From Eledone cirrhosa (taxonomy: Eukaryota), in NCBI GenBank assembly GCA_964016885.1, contig OZ024758.1:38626001-38690000 (forward strand): a stretch of 64,000 bases of DNA, read 5' to 3'. Shown in pieces: positions 17,013-31,242 of this stretch. The notes under the pieces are model-generated. The model was not told where the DNA came from, made no database searches, and saw only the letters and a list, made by a program, of their open reading frames with translations. The position numbers and the translations under genes are program-made. Every line of letters begins with the position of its first letter. The first letter of the stretch is position 1.

Positions 17013-17774
17013 ATCATACACCCTTATTTGCATGCGCATATATGTATTTTTATACTTACATATAAACACCCAAACATATATACACCTACCTACATATACA
17101 TACATACATACACGCTTACAAATACAAATAATAATAGTAGGGGGGGAAAGGGGGGGGAGAAGGGGATTATAGTAAATATATGTTTCAAGAAACATAGAAT
17201 ATTAATCTGCATTTAGATCACAATATGTGTTTACATAGTTTCAGTATTAGGAAATGCAAGAAAGAAGGCAAAACTATGCATTTCAATATAAGTATACCAT
17301 TAATTATAGGTTAACTAAACTAAAGATAGTTAATATATTGATTTCTAAGGTGTAAATTACTTAGGTTTATAATATTTGAAGCAGAATTTTGAAGTTAAAT
17401 AGTAGTAGAGTATTAATTATAGTATAACTAAATTAAAATTATTAACGTTATGGTATCAATATTAGGAAATGAATTTAGTAATAGGGAAAAAACAAATAAA
17501 GTATTACATCGGTAGTAGAATATAAATTATAGGTTAACTAAATTAAAAATTATATATTAATTTCTATAGTATATGTTAATTAGGTATATAATAAATAAAA
17601 CAGATATTGTATTTTATCAATAGTAGAATATAATTATAGGTAAACAGAAATTAAAATTAATACATACACATATACATATACATACATATATATATACACA
17701 TATATATACATATATACACATACATAAATATACATACATATACATATTTTTTCAAAAATTGCAAAGAATATATT

Positions 17775-18569
17775 GTGGTGAGATCATTAACATTAATCCT
17801 CCTAGTAAACATCACGATACAACCTATAAAAATAATAAAAATAATAAACAACATAGAAACCGTAATAGACGGGTTACTTGGTATAATGCTCCATTTAATT
17901 TACAAATTAAGGATAATATTGCTAAAAAATGTTTTTATATCCTAGAGAAAATCTTCCCGCCAAACCACAAATACCATCAACTCTTAAATAGGTCTACAGT
18001 TAAATTCTCATACTCAACAACAAATAACATAAAACAAAATATAAGTGCCTATAATGCATATAAATGTAAGAAAACCATAAGTATACCACCAATACATCAA
18101 ACTAACCATAATATCTCCTCAAATACAGAATTAACGAAAGGTTGTAACTGTAGAAACAAAGCAAACTGCCCATTAAAAGGAAATTGTCTTGTTAACAACA
18201 TAGTTTATAAATGTAATGTTAAAACTAAAGATTCTATTTGCTCATATATAGGAGCTACTTCTAACAATTTTAAGACAAGGTTTAATACCCACAAACATAG
18301 TTTTTAAAAATGCCGCACTGGCTAATACAACATCTCTAGCAGAAAAAATCAATAGTTATAAAAATAAGAATATAGAATATGATTTGACCTGGAGTGTGCT
18401 CAAAAGAGCCACCCCTTATCAAAATAATAGAAATGAATGTAGATTATGTTCCCAAGAACTATTTGAAATAATGAAATCTAAGGATATCCTATTAAATAAA
18501 CGACAGGAATTAATTATATCGTGTAATCATAAACTAAAAAAAACATTTAAATATTATAAACCTAATTAA
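17775..18569 (+). mobile_element. Penelope-like element, 5'-truncated linker plus GIY-YIG endonuclease (Naiad-like), one frameshift
   Basis: RRVTWYNAPF..FPPNHKYHQLLNRSTVKFSYS..CNCRNKANCPLKGNCL..IVY..YIG.TSNNFKTRFNTHKHSF. Removing one T from the run at 18301-18305 joins it to ..WSVLKRATPY..CRLCSQE..LLNKRQELIISCNH. Confidence 0.88.
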
Positions 18570-19004
18570 TAACATTATTTTAGAAATTAATATATAATTT
18601 AATTTAAATGTTAGTTTAACCTATAAATTTAATTTAATTAAAATTCTACTACAGATGAGAATATCAAATATTGTGTAATCATAAATTGTGAAAAACCTTT
18701 AAATATTACTAATATATACTTAGTAATTTAATTTATAGATTAATTTTAATTTATTTAACCCTTTATTAAAATTCCTTTACAGATAAAATATAACAAAATA
18801 TCGTGTATTCAATGACAGAGAAATAATTTTTAGTATTATAGACCTAATTAATATACATTTTAGAAATATATTTATAATTTGGTTTTAAATGTGGTCAACC
18901 TAAAAATTTAATTTAATTGGCTTAAAAATAGTATCCTAATACAGATGGATTGCAGAGTGTCATGTAATCATAGAATGGGATAGGTTTTGGATGTATACCT
19001 AGTT
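18515..19004 (+). repeat. Degenerate ~140-150-bp tandem repeats starting in the last codons of the endonuclease ORF
   Basis: TGTAATCATA-like anchors at ~18523, 18675, 18805 and 18963; ACAGAT recurs upstream of the last three. Confidence 0.6.
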
Positions 19005-19771
19005 AATATATTCTTTGCAATTTTTGAAAAAATATGTATATGTATGTATATTTATGTATGTGTATATATGTATATATATGTGTATATATATATGTATGTA
19101 TATGTATATGTGTATGTATTAATTTTAATTTCTGTTTACCTATAATTATATTCTACTATTGATAAAATACAATATCTGTTTTATTTATTATATACCTAAT
19201 TAACATATACTATAGAAATTAATATATAATTTTTAATTTAGTTAACCTATAATTTATATTCTACTACCGATGTAATACTTTATTTGTTTTTTCCCTATTA
19301 CTAAATTCATTTCCTAATATTGATACCATAACGTTAATAATTTTAATTTAGTTATACTATAATTAATACTCTACTACTATTTAACTTCAAAATTCTGCTT
19401 CAAATATTATAAACCTAAGTAATTTACACCTTAGAAATCAATATATTAACTAACTTTAGTTTAGTTAACCTATAATTAATGGTATACTTATATTGAAATG
19501 CATAGTTTTGCCTTCTTTCTTGCATTTCCTAATACTGAAACTATGTAAACACATATTGTGATCTAAATGCAGATTAATATTCTATGTTTCTTGAAACATA
19601 TATTTACTATAATCCCCTTCTCCCCTCCCTCCCCTCCCCCCCCCTACTATTATTATTTGTATTTGTAAGCGTGTATGTATGTATGTATATGTAGGTAGGT
19701 GTATATATGTTTGGGTGTTTATATGTAAGTATAAAAATACATATATGCGCATGCAAATAAGGGTGTATGAT

Positions 19772-19818
<47 letters not shown>

Positions 19819-20038
19819 ATGTATATATATGTGTGTATATATGTGTGTGTATATATGTGTGTGTATATGTATGTCTCTCTATATATATGTGTATCTTTGT
19901 ATCTATGTGGGTATATGTGTGTATGTACATGTATGCACATGTATATGTCTATGTGTATATGTGTGTATGTGTATATGTGTACGTATGTGCGCATATATAT
20001 GTGAGTGTGTGTGTATATATATGTATGTATATATATAT

Positions 20039-20591
20039 CATGGTCGGGTCGTTGGCGACTAAACTGGCAACCCCACCAAGGTTTCTTGGTGAGGAGGGTG
20101 ACTTTGGACATCCTGCAGGACTAAAAACAAAACCTGTCAAAGGGCAAAGGAGCTCTTAAGAGTCAATGGCCATCCAAAATCACTGGGAGAGATGACCCCT
20201 TAGCCTTTGTCAAGGCAGAATTCTAGGAGAAGGAAAACTCTGATATAACACCTGCAACCCTGATGGTATCCAATGATGTTGACTTGTTCTTTTTTTTGGT
20301 AAATATCATCTTGGTTAAGAGAGTGGGACTGGCTTTGTGCAGTGCCTTTGCTCACTATAAAAGCTTCACGGCACAGGCATTGCTTTATATCTGGAGATCT
20401 CTCTGCACTTGTCGTCACATGGTACCATGGGCCCAGCACTATGTGTCATTGATTGTCACAAGTGTAGTGTTTGTACCAGAGTTTTCAAGTCGCTGGCTGG
20501 ACTAAAAAGTCACACTCGTTCAGCGCATCGGTAGGGGTTCTCCTACATGGATATAAAGTAGTGGCCGTACTCGAGAGCGAGTTGGCAGCCA

Positions 20592-20593
<2 letters not shown>
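20039..20593. mobile_element. ~550-bp non-coding insertion into (TA)n of the right inverted arm
   Basis: Absent at the mirror position (~16735-16760) of the left arm. Contains CTAGGAGAAGGAAAACTCTGA, reminiscent of RTE 5' UTRs (from memory, unverified). Confidence 0.65.
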
Positions 20594-20627
<34 letters not shown>

Positions 20628-20676
20628 TATTATTATAATATATATATGTATATATATATATATATGAAAATATGTA

Positions 20677-20709
<33 letters not shown>

Positions 20710-20798
20710 TATATATTTGTAGTTGATGTGTGTATATGTATGTATATATATGTGTGTGTGTATGTATGTGTATACGTATGTATGTGTGTGTGTATATG

Positions 20799-20829
<31 letters not shown>

Positions 20830-20981
20830 GTATATGTATGTGTGTGCATATTTGTCTGACTGTGTGTATTAATTAATTTATTTTTTTATTTATCTTATTT
20901 CTTTATTTTTTTATATATATGTATGTGTATGTGTATGTATGTATGTATGTATGTGTGTGCATGTGTATATATATGTATGTG

Positions 20982-21042
<61 letters not shown>

Positions 21043-21123
21043 CTTTGTGTGTGTGTATATATATATATATATGTATGTGTGTATGTATGTGTTTGTATGT
21101 GTGTTTATGTGTGTACGTGTGTG

Positions 21124-21154
<31 letters not shown>

Positions 21155-21412
21155 GTATATGTATCTCTATTTATATGTGTATATATGTGTATGTATATAC
21201 CTTTTTCTTTGTATGTCTGAGGTGTGTGAGCGTGTAGTGGTGTTTGTATGTATATACGCATATATGGATGTGTATGTATTTGTATATATGCGTATATGTA
21301 AGTGCGTATGTGTGTGTGAGTATATATCTATGTCTATGTATGAGTATGTATGTGTGTGTATGTATGTGTGTGTGTATGTATGCATGTGTGTATGTGTGTA
21401 TGTATATGTGTG

Positions 21413-21443
<31 letters not shown>

Positions 21444-21452
21444 GTATATATG

Positions 21453-21489
<37 letters not shown>

Positions 21490-21597
21490 TATATGTGTGT
21501 GTGTGTATATATATCTTTATATATGTGTATCTGTATGTATGTGTAGGTGTGTGTGTGTGTGTGTATATATGTATATGTGTATATGTGTATGTGTGTG

Positions 21598-21660
<63 letters not shown>

Positions 21661-21786
21661 ATGTGTATGTGTGTATGTGTGTATATATATATTTATATAT
21701 ATATATATATATATTTATATGTGGGTATGTATGTGTGTGTGTATATATATGAGTGTATTTATATATATATATGTATGTAGATGTGA

Positions 21787-21838
<52 letters not shown>

Positions 21839-21892
21839 ATGTATATATGTGTATATGTATGAGTGTGTATATATATACGAGTGTTGTGAGTG

Positions 21893-21934
<42 letters not shown>

Positions 21935-21956
21935 CGTGTATGTGTATATGTGTGTA

Positions 21957-21993
<37 letters not shown>

Positions 21994-22359
21994 TTATGTG
22001 TGTATGTGTCTATGTATTTATATGTGTATATGTATGTGTCTCTATATGTATGCGTGTGTGTATGTGTATGTGTATTTATATGGTATGTGTATGTATATGT
22101 ATGTGTATGTATGTGTTTGTATATATGTGTATGTATATGTATGTATATGTATGTGTGTGTATGCGTGTGTATTTATTTATATGTCTATATGTATGTATAT
22201 CGATGTATATTTTATATTTTACTTGTTTGTATATATATATGTATGTGTATGTATATGTGTATATATATATGTGTGTGTATATGTGTGTGTATATATGTGT
22301 ATATATATGTGTATATATATATATATATGTGTGTATATATGTGTATATATATATGTATA

Positions 22360-22409
<50 letters not shown>

Positions 22410-23039
22410 GATGTATATATATATATATATTTTCTTGATATATTTCTTTTTTCTTTTTTCTTTTTTCTTTTTCTTTTCTTTTTATTTCTAAGTTTATAGA
22501 TACATTTATAAATAGGCAGTCTGCCGAAACCGTTGAATACTGACCTCTCCCCCCCCCCTCCCACCTAATTTCTGTATCCTGATCTAAATATGTGTGGCAG
22601 TGTTTATGTGCGTGCATTAATGTCCATATGCTTATGATAATACTATATGCACATATATATGTGTGTGGGGGTGTGTGTGTGTATGTATGTTCGTTGTTAT
22701 GTGTATGTTTATGCATATAGTGTACGAATGTGTACGAATATGTGTGAGTATATGAATGTGTGTATACATTTATTTCATATTTATGTGTCTATACGCATTT
22801 TATCTGTAGATTATAAACTTACAGAGACATTAGCCTTGAATTTTTGTATTTACATACATCTTTTTGGCATGCGTATGCATGTGAACATATATCTTTATGT
22901 AAATATGTGTACGAAGTTAATTACATGTATATACACACACCTAACTGCATAAAATTTTTTGTATTTTCATTGGTCAATTTGAACTCTGTTCCCAAACGGA
23001 CCTGAAATTTTGAATTGTTGTTATTATCAATAAATATAT

Positions 23040-23194
23040 TTCATTATTTCTGAAGACGGCATATATATGTGTTTGGTATGTATATTTAATTTTGATAGTT
23101 TGTATAATATTGTATAATTTTGTACATAGATCTGTTGAATATGCATGCCAATTCTAACACATATATATCCTAGAAACGATCGTTAAATAATGAA
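23040..23194 (+). ncRNA. Type I hammerhead ribozyme, family E, with a very long stem II
   Basis: TTCATTATTT-CTGAAGA(23050-23056)-116-nt hairpin-GAAA(23173-23176)-CGATCG-TT-AAATAATGAA. Perfect 10-bp stem I; predicted cut after 23184. Confidence 0.82.
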
Positions 23195-23249
23195 CTTTTT
23201 TTTGTTTAATATAAGGAACTGTTTCATTGTTTTATTCATTATTTTTTTA

Positions 23250-23367
<118 letters not shown>

Positions 23368-23416
23368 GTTTAATATAAGGAACTGTTTCATTGTTTTATT
23401 CATTATTTTTTTAATA

Positions 23417-23491
<75 letters not shown>

Positions 23492-23590
23492 TATATATAT
23501 ATATATATTAATATATATATATATATACACATATATACATATACACATATATATATATATATATATACACATATATATATATATATATAT

Positions 23591-23679
<89 letters not shown>

Positions 23680-23694
23680 AATATATATATATAT

Positions 23695-26203
23695 ATGTTC
23701 ATGGAGCAAGCAATACTCCTCCCAACAAGAGGCGAAAATGTCCTGGACCTCTGTTTTACAAACAACGAAGTGCTCATCCACAATGTAAAGGTGACACCAA
23801 CAATTCTCTCGGATCATAACTTGGTAGAGCTAATGATATGTGGTCCAAGAGAACCAACAGAGACAAAACCACCAAGAAGCTCCGGGACGCTATCCAGCCT
23901 TAACTTCTACGGGGCTGACTGGAAGAAGATTAAGAGTGAAATCCGGAAGCAAACATGGAGTGCAAACATCGCCACACAAGACACTAACACACAATTTCAA
24001 CACTTCATGACAACGATACACACCATATGCAAAAAGTGTGTCCCGGAGAAAGAGGCAAACAGACACAAAAATCTTATTCCCAGAGATAGGAAAATCCTTA
24101 TGAGACGTAGAACTAAACTCTCAAACCAGTTGAATAGTCAACAAAACCAAAACAAGAAGGAATCCTATTTGAAACGTGCACTACTTGACACCGAGATTGC
24201 ACTCAAGCTTTCACATGAGAATGAGAGGGCAAGGAAAGAGAACAGGGCCATAGAAAACATTAAAACAAACCCTAAGGCCTTCTTTAAATTTGCAAAAGAA
24301 ACTGCCTCAGTACACTGCAAGATTGGACCACTCTTCCACACGGACGGTTCATTAACCGAAAATCCCCAAGAGATATGTGAAATACTGAACGAACAGTACA
24401 AACGTGTCTTCACATGTCCACTGAGGCACATGCAAATAACGAAGCCAGAGGAGTTCTTTGATGCCACAACACTACATCAAGAAATGGCAACCATCAACCA
24501 CATAGACATAACGGAGGAGGATGTGGTGTACGCCATTGATGAAATTAGAACAGACTCGGCTGCTGGACCTGATGGATTCCCAGCAGTTCTCCTAAAAATA
24601 TGTAAGCGGGCCTTAGCAACTCCACTGAAGATGCTCTTCAGAAGCTCCTTGGCTAGCGGTGTACTACCCAGGGAGCTGAAAGAAGGCACAATATGCCCTA
24701 TCCATAAAGGAGGTAGTAGAGCGGAGGCCAGGAACTATAGGCCAGTCTCCCTGACGTCGCATATCAGTAAGGTCATGGAGCGAATCGTCAGAAAGAAACT
24801 AATCACTTTCCTCGAAGAAAATGACCGCCTGACTAGCACGCAACATGGCTTCCGCCCAGGAAGAAGCTGCCTTACACAGCTGCTACATCACTACGACTGG
24901 GTACTGAAACAACTACTAGACAGCTCACATGTAGACGTGATATATCTTGACTTTGCGAAGGCCTTTGGCAAGGTCGACCACGGAATGATATGTCACAAAC
25001 TACACGGACTCGGCATAACTGGAAAAGTAGGTGAGTGGCTGCATGGATTCCTAAGGGACAGAAGCCAGGCAGTCGCAGCAAATGGGGCCCTCTCGAGGGA
25101 AACACCGATAACAAGTGGGGTGCCCCAGGGGACAGTCCAGGGACCACTACTGTTTTTGGTGGCTCTCTCGGACATGCCCTCTGTGGTGCATGCAACAACA
25201 TCCCTCACTAGCTATGCTGATGACACTAAGGTAGCACAGGCAATCAAAAACCCGGCTGACGCTGCCCTCTTACAGCAGGATCTGGATGCCATATACAGAT
25301 GGGCGGAAGAAAACAACATGCAGTTTAATGCTGGCAAATTCCAAGCCCTACAATACAAACCTGCAAACACAAACACAAATATAGCGGAACACAGCTACAC
25401 AGGACCAGGACGGACCGATATCCCCGTGTCAAAATCGATACGAGACCTGGACATAGACATGAGCGATGATGCATCTTTTTCTTCACACATCATGAAGGTG
25501 GCGACAACATGTAGACGATTCGCTGGCTGGATCTTGAGGACTTTCCTTACAAGAGATCGAGACACCATGTTGAAACTGTGGAGGACTTTTGTCCTAAGCC
25601 GCCTGGACTACTGCTCCCAGCTGTGGTCACCCCATAGTGTCAAACTAACCACGGAGCTTGAGGCAATCCAGCGAAGCTACACCAAGAGGATTGCCAAGAT
25701 GAGGGAGACAAGCTACTGGGAGAGGCTAAAGGAACTGAACCTCTACTCCTTGGAGCGAAGACGGGAGAGATACGCAGTGATCTACATGTGGAAAATCCTG
25801 GATGGACTAGCACCAAACTTTGGCATTGGGAGCTGGACCAACCGTCGAACAGGACGTCACTGTGTGGTGCCAAAGGTCCCGTCTTCCACATCTAGAATAA
25901 GGAGCAGGTATTGCAATAGCCTGGGATTCAAGGGCCCTCAACTCTTCAACAGGCTGCCGAGGCATCTGCGGGACTTGCATGACGTGGAGGTGGTGTCTTT
26001 AAGAAACATCTCGACACCTTGTTATCCAGGATCCCGGATGAGCCCACAGCAAGACACGAGGGAAACCTAAGGGCAGCAGCAACAAACTCCCTCCTACACC
26101 AGTGGCCAACCTATACAGGCTGGAGATAAAATGTGTAGCAACAAGGGCGGTGCCCCAGCATGGCCTCAGCCGGATGGCTGAAACAGGTAAAAGAGTAAAA
26201 GAG
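23695..26203 (+). mobile_element. CR1-group LINE ORF2 (end of APE endonuclease plus reverse transcriptase), 5'-truncated, inserted in (TA)n
   Basis: [69 protein letters not shown]. Apparent frameshift near 26000; the 3' end AAAAGAGTAAAAGAG abuts (TA)n. Confidence 0.93.
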
Positions 26204-26216
26204 TATATATATATAT

Positions 26217-26247
<31 letters not shown>

Positions 26248-26248
<1 letters not shown>

Positions 26249-26505
26249 GTAGGAGGTGAGTTTTATTGTAGTACAATAAAGCAATGCAGATATCGGATAA
26301 GAAGCACTCTACAGTTTGTGGGACTGGAGTATGCATAATATAAGATCAAAAGATGGTTAAAGGAGTTCAATATATTTTATTATGCGCATTTCAAAAACAA
26401 ACATCATCAAACAATAATATTTGTGTTTTCATCAGATAAAACAGGAGAACATGATATGAAGGCTAAAAAAACACTTGTTGATAGTGCAGTTTTAAATCAA
26501 CATAT
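26248..26505 (-). mobile_element. Family B hammerhead-bearing element (HHR at 26375-26441)
   Basis: Near-identical to 7870-8116; the 3' end abuts (TA)n. Confidence 0.85.
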
Positions 26506-27589
26506 GAAAAGTGGTTTTAGATTGATGTGTGATATTGGGAAAAATATTTTATTTAGAGAGGGGGGGAGAGAAAAGGATGAAAAGGGAAGGAGATGAGAGG
26601 GAGAGATGGGTGATAGAGAGATTACCACAATAACTAGGGAGCGGAGGACAAGATAAGCTGGACATTGCTACTGAGGGTAGGATGAGCTGGCTATTGTGGT
26701 GGATACCTAAACATTGTAAGACCCTAGTGGGATGACTGAGATTGACCTACATAGATCAGATGTCCAGCTGGAGATTAATGATCTCAGGAATACCATGGGA
26801 GATTGTGACATCTAAAAAAGAAGAGTAGAATTGTTATGGCCAATCCAGCTGACCTAATAAATCTAAAGTAAGGAGCGCGGGACTGTGTACGGTTTATAAT
26901 GTTTTATCCCACTAGTAAAATAAGTTGCATTACTTTGAATAAATAATTGTTTCTACATTACTGGTACTATATTTTATCGACCCTGTAAGGATGAAAGGCA
27001 AAGTTAACCTCGGTGGGATTTGAACTCAGAATAGCAAGGGCCGTACCTCAATGCATCAAAGCATGAATGAATAATAAATGAATATTACATAATTTATCTG
27101 CTAAATTTCGTGGCTGTTGATTAAATATATTTTGTTTAAAGATTCATCTCTTTAAAATTTCTGAAATGTCAACACTTCCGGTTAGCCATCGCTTAAATAA
27201 ACATTCATATATTACCGTCACTAATTTTCTCCTAATGCAGTTTATATATAATATTGTCTTTTTTAATGTATCATGGATTACGTTACTGGTTAAATAAGAG
27301 AGTGTAACACAGTCTTTGTACATTTTCTATGTATTATATATTGTCAATTATGATTTTATTTGAAGTATCATGTCTACATGTATATATATACCTGCGTATA
27401 ATATCAATATACACACTACACATGCTAGCAGAAAATAATAATAATATTAATATATATTGAAGAACATTTATTATGGTGAAATATGTTGGAAATGATTCGC
27501 AGAGGTTTTGTATTGTAATTAACAAATACACCCTGTATTATTTGTCATTAAGGGCTCTTACAGAGACACAATCTCATTTCATTGTTGAA

Positions 27590-27956
27590 GGTGATGGATT
27601 TGCAGAATCAGTAGAGTGTCATACGATATGCTTTGTGTCATAAAGTTACAACCCTTTATGTTCTGGGTTTAAATCATGCCATGTTCTACTTTGACTTTCA
27701 TCCATTCAAGGTTGATAAAAAACAATACCAGTAATGCACTGGGCCTGATTTAATTGGCATTCCCCTTTCTCTTCAAATTGCTGGCCTTGAGTCAAATGTA
27801 GAAACATTTATTTAAAGTCTATAAAACAATAGATAGAATGTTTTCTGCCATATTTATCCTGGTTCTCTGCTCTCTGGGTTTAAATCCTGCTGAGGTCAAC
27901 TTTCTTTCGTCCATTCAAGGTTGATAAAAACAATACCAGTCTACCACTGGGGTCTG
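27590..27956 (+). mobile_element. Two diverged tandem family-1 SINE copies (paralogous pair at ~32272-32640)
   Basis: Degenerate B-box and CTTT..TCCATTCAAGGTTGATAAAA..TACCAG bodies. Confidence 0.7.
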
Positions 27957-28800
27957 TTCTTCCTCTCTATATTTCTATCTCACTTCCTCCCTCTTATTCT
28001 CTCTTCTATGTCCACAGTGTCACCCTTATGACTACATTTAAAAAAAACAAAAACATTGATGTATTTATATGTGTTTATTTTGTAAACCTTAACTGGTTTA
28101 TATTTGACAAAATATCCACATGTGTAAATAAAAACAATTGCATAACTTTGATATTTGTTGGATGGTACTTTAATGACAGTTGAAATTTTGACTTTTTAAA
28201 AAAATAATTCACATTTGAAAATACTTTACAACTTTCTTCTCTTTTTCTTCAGCCATTTATTTCTGAGAGGGTTGTAGGGGGTAGAGTCCTCACACACCCC
28301 TTCTAGGTCCTATGTGTGTAAAATTTCCTCTTTACACTACACATCACCCTGCACACACACACCACAATATACACATCATGCCTCACCACAACACCCCACA
28401 TACCACACCACACCAAACCACACTACACCACATATCACATCACACCACATACCACACCACAACACACCACATACCATACCGCAACACATACAAACCAGGT
28501 AGTTATACCAACCCAGGATCTTGATTTTAGTGATTTTTTGGTAACAAATCTCAACATCTTCGTTCTTACTTACCAAGTGGAGTGGAACTCATCAGATTGG
28601 ACCAAGGAAACAATGTTTCCATTGGTCTTTCCAATTGATGATATTGAATCGGATTAGAAAGAGAGAAAAAAAAATAGAGAATATATTTATTTAAAAGCCA
28701 TTGACCTGCATTTTCCGTCAAGAAGGCCATTGGAGCATCACTCACAGAAGCTGATAGAGCAGCCAGCTTGACAGCCGATATAGGTAGCACCAACAATTAT

Positions 28801-29920
28801 CACTACCATTAATAAGAGGAAGGCAGCTACAGCAGCGGTGACATTAACAACAACAACATATGTGTATACACCAACATCTTACCAACAAACACTACCATTA
28901 ACAAGAGGAGGGCAGCTACAGCAGCGGTGACATTAACAACAACAACATATGTGTATACACCAACATCTTACCAACAAACACTACCATTAACAAGAGGAAG
29001 GCAACAACAGCAGCAGTGACATGAACAACAACAACATATGTGTATACACCAACATCTTACCAACAAACACTACCATTAACAAGAGGAAGGCAGCTACAGC
29101 AGCGGTGACATTAACAACAACAACATATGTGTATACACCAACATCTTACCAACAAACACTACCATTAACAAGAGGAAGGCAGCTACAGCAGCGGTGACAT
29201 TAACAACAACATATGTGTATACACCAACATCTTACCAACAAACACTACCATTAACAAGAGGAAGGCAGCTACAGCAGCGGTGACATTAACAACAACATAT
29301 ATGTATACACCAACATCTTACCAACAAACACTACCATTAACAAGAGGAAGGCAGCTACAGCAGCGGTGACATTAACAACAACAACATATGTGTATACACC
29401 AACATCTTACCAACAAACACTACCATTAACAAGAGGAAGGCAGCTACAGCAGCGGTGACATTAACAACAACATATATGTATACACCAACATCTTACCAAC
29501 AAACACTACCATTAACAAGAGGAAGGCAGCTACAGCAGCGGTGACATTAACAACAACAACATATGTGTATACACCAACATCTTACCAACAAACACTACCA
29601 TTAACAAGAGGAAGGCAGCTACAGCAGCGGTGACATTAACAACAACATATGTGTATACACCAACATCTTACCAACAAACACTACCATTAACAAGAGGAAG
29701 GCAGATACAGCAGCGGTGACATTAACAACAACAACAACATGTGTATACAGCAACATCTTACCAACAAACACTACCATTAACAAGAGGAAGGCAGCTACAG
29801 CAGCGGTGACATTAAGAACAACAACAACATATGTGTATACACCAACATCTTACCAACAAACACTACCATTAACAAGAGGAAGGCAGCTACAGCAGCGGTG
29901 TCATTAACAACAACACATAT
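28801..29920. repeat. 86-89-bp minisatellite (~12-13 units) with a variable internal (AAC)n
   Basis: Unit CACTACCATTAACAAGAGGAAGGCAGCTACAGCAGCGGTGACATT(AAC)nATATGTGTATACACCAACATCTTACCAACAAA. Confidence 0.95.
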
Positions 29921-31242
29921 GTTTTCAGGATTGAAAGACTCACCTTTAGCCACAAGGTTCTATGAGAAACTGCTAACATGCTCGCATGTGTGCGTGCTGA
30001 AATCTGGGTCTTTCCACTGGGAACAACCCCCTGTTATCTTTTTTGTACATTCATCCATTCATTTATTTATTTGCTAACATTCTATCTTGGGTCCCCCCCC
30101 CCCCTCCATGCAACCCTTTCTTTTCTCTCTTGTCTTCTGACGCCTCCATATCTGATGTAAGTGAGCTATGAGGCCCTCTTATCAGCATTTTCCCTTCCAC
30201 CCACACAGTTCTGCCTAGCACCTAGGCTGGTGACGACCAGCCACTCACCCCTGATGCTGCTTCATGCCCCAGTCCCCCCCCCCAATCCTCCATCCCCTGC
30301 AGTCGACACCTGCAGCACCACGAATAGACGGGAGAAGGGCCGGAACTTATGGGGTGCAGCTGCTTCCACCATCTCACCTGTGTTAGCTTGACGCGTCAAA
30401 CCTCCAGTGCCCTCACAGCGTGGAGAAGCTGAAACTGTCTCTTCACCTTGTCTGCTCAGCCACGGTCATGTAGCACACCACCAGATGAGACAACGAGCTT
30501 GCCTGACACCCAAGCCTCGCTGGTCAACATCGCTTGGCTCAGGTGGTGGCGAAAGATCTCACTCAGGATCCCAAGAGCAGCCCGGGTGCCGGTAGCCGAT
30601 GCCCTCGCTTCCTCTTTTATGATGATTATTTCATATTAAGGTGGACGTTAATGTTTATAAATAACATAAGGTGACTTATTTACCTTATAGTTGTTGTTTT
30701 ATCACCTGTATCATTAAATATTGAAGTGGTTGTTCAACATTTTACGGGACAGGAAAATATTATTTTAATCAGAAATCAGTGAACATTTAGTTTTTACTAA
30801 CTTTTCTTGACTTTATATTTGGTCTTGAGAACTAAAGTACGTATTATTTCCTTTTCTACCATAACACAAACATTGTGAACTTTTCTATCTGAAGTGAAAT
30901 ATCTTGATTTATTACAACACCTACACACATATTTCTAAACACACACACACGTCTCTCTACCCCCCTCTCACTCTCTCTCTCTCTCTCTCTCTCTGATTGA
31001 ATTATATAATATATGCTTGAATTTTCTTCGTCGAAAATCAGTCTTGGGCTGTCATATGTCTTATTACTTGTACAAACTGAATGCTACATTACAACTTTTT
31101 AGAAGAAGAAAGCGGAGATCTGCAGTCTTTTATGGACCCTTTGTATATTAGACTACATAACATATATTAACGATATCTATATTTCTTAATATATATGTAA
31201 AATTAGTGAGAATCCTTTATGTAAAGATCACTAGCTAGAAAT

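Larger units (their letters stand above)
15555..21790. repeat. ~2.2-kb inverted repeat (arms 15555-17774 and 19005-21790) around a PLE endonuclease
   Basis: Unique segments match in reverse complement, e.g. 17221-17280 vs ~19499-19558, and the CA-rich and GT-rich microsatellite blocks mirror each other. The right arm carries an extra ~550-bp insert. Confidence 0.93.
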
